This document shows, in pieces, positions 63,789-64,000 of a stretch of DNA of 64,000 nucleotides (position 1 is its first letter; each line of letters begins with the position of its first letter). Source of the stretch: an uncultured Blautia sp. (GTDB lineage Bacteria > Bacillota > Clostridia > Lachnospirales > Lachnospiraceae); NCBI GenBank assembly GCA_934424575.1, contig CAKRXU010000008.1:7179-71178 (forward strand), written 5' to 3'. The translations under genes and the position numbers were made by a program. Below the pieces are notes generated by a model that ran no database searches, was not told the origin of the DNA, and saw nothing but the letters and a program-made list of their open reading frames with translations.

Positions 63789-64000
63789 TGAAAAACAGAG
63801 AAAATGAATCAAAGATCGTAAAATATCTTCTGATCGGGATCAGCGTTTTATTTCTTTTTGTGATGCTGGTACTCCCGCTGTTTGTCGTAGTCACAGAAGC
63901 TCTCAAAAAAGGCTGGGAAGTCTATGTAGAAGCGGTGACAGACTCTTATACGATCGCCGCATTGATGCTGACACTGAAAGCAACCGTGATCGCAGTCGTA
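63788..64000 (+). CDS. cysW: sulfate ABC transporter permease, N-terminal ~70 codons (cut by the window edge)
   Basis: ATGA overlap with cysT. Hand translation: MKNRENESKIVKYLLIGISVLFLFVMLVLPLFVVVTEALKKGWEVYVEAVTDSYTIAALMLTLKATVIAVV. Confidence 0.8.
   Translation, partial: MKNRENESKIVKYLLIGISVLFLFVMLVLPLFVVVTEALKKGWEVYVEAVTDSYTIAALMLTLKATVIAVV

Overview
Chromosomal window from an anaerobic Firmicute. The class Clostridia, and a gut Lachnospiraceae-like organism in particular, is my inference from gene content, strong GGAGG Shine-Dalgarno sites and the anaerobic cbi pathway. There are about 57 densely packed protein-coding genes. I saw no rRNA, tRNA, CRISPR array or intact mobile element. Left to right: (1) Part of the ygeY-dpaL(ygeX)...yheO-like-hyuA purine/urate-fermentation neighbourhood. 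It is interrupted by DUF1015, a ydjI/ydjG/ydjH-like SPFH / zinc-ribbon / TPM membrane module, two transporters and a cytidylate-kinase-like gene. hyuA is followed directly by hydE. (2) A housekeeping block: SH3 lipoprotein, luxS, cyclophilin, mnmM, coaBC-panT-coaX, an RluA-family synthase and an L,D-transpeptidase. (3) An Rpn-family gene remnant, then an ~11.4-kb anaerobic cobalamin operon cbiD-F-G-H-(J-E-T fusion)-A-B-cobD-cobQ-cbiC, a pdxR/pdxK pair, and an opposite-strand cbiL-ABC-exporter operon. (4) A non-canonical mannitol-type PTS locus: two EIICB paralogues, mtlR, mtlF, a 1-phosphofructokinase-family kinase and a SorE-like Zn dehydrogenase, with no mtlD. An identical 27-nt palindrome sits at the same distance upstream of both promoters. 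(5) An AT-rich three-gene cassette (DltA-like adenylase, fold-type-III PLP decarboxylase, carrier protein) with no transferase partner. This is my top candidate for something undescribed. (6) bioY-bioB-bioD-bioA, without bioF or bioW, with BirA-type operators. (7) A sulfur block: cbiK, cysK-metY-cymR-like, a LacI-family regulator, a rhodanese-TtcA fusion, and a sulfate ABC transporter cut by the right edge. All homology calls come from reading the translations and recalling family hallmarks, not from database searches. Start codons were re-picked by eye where the ORF track over-extends.
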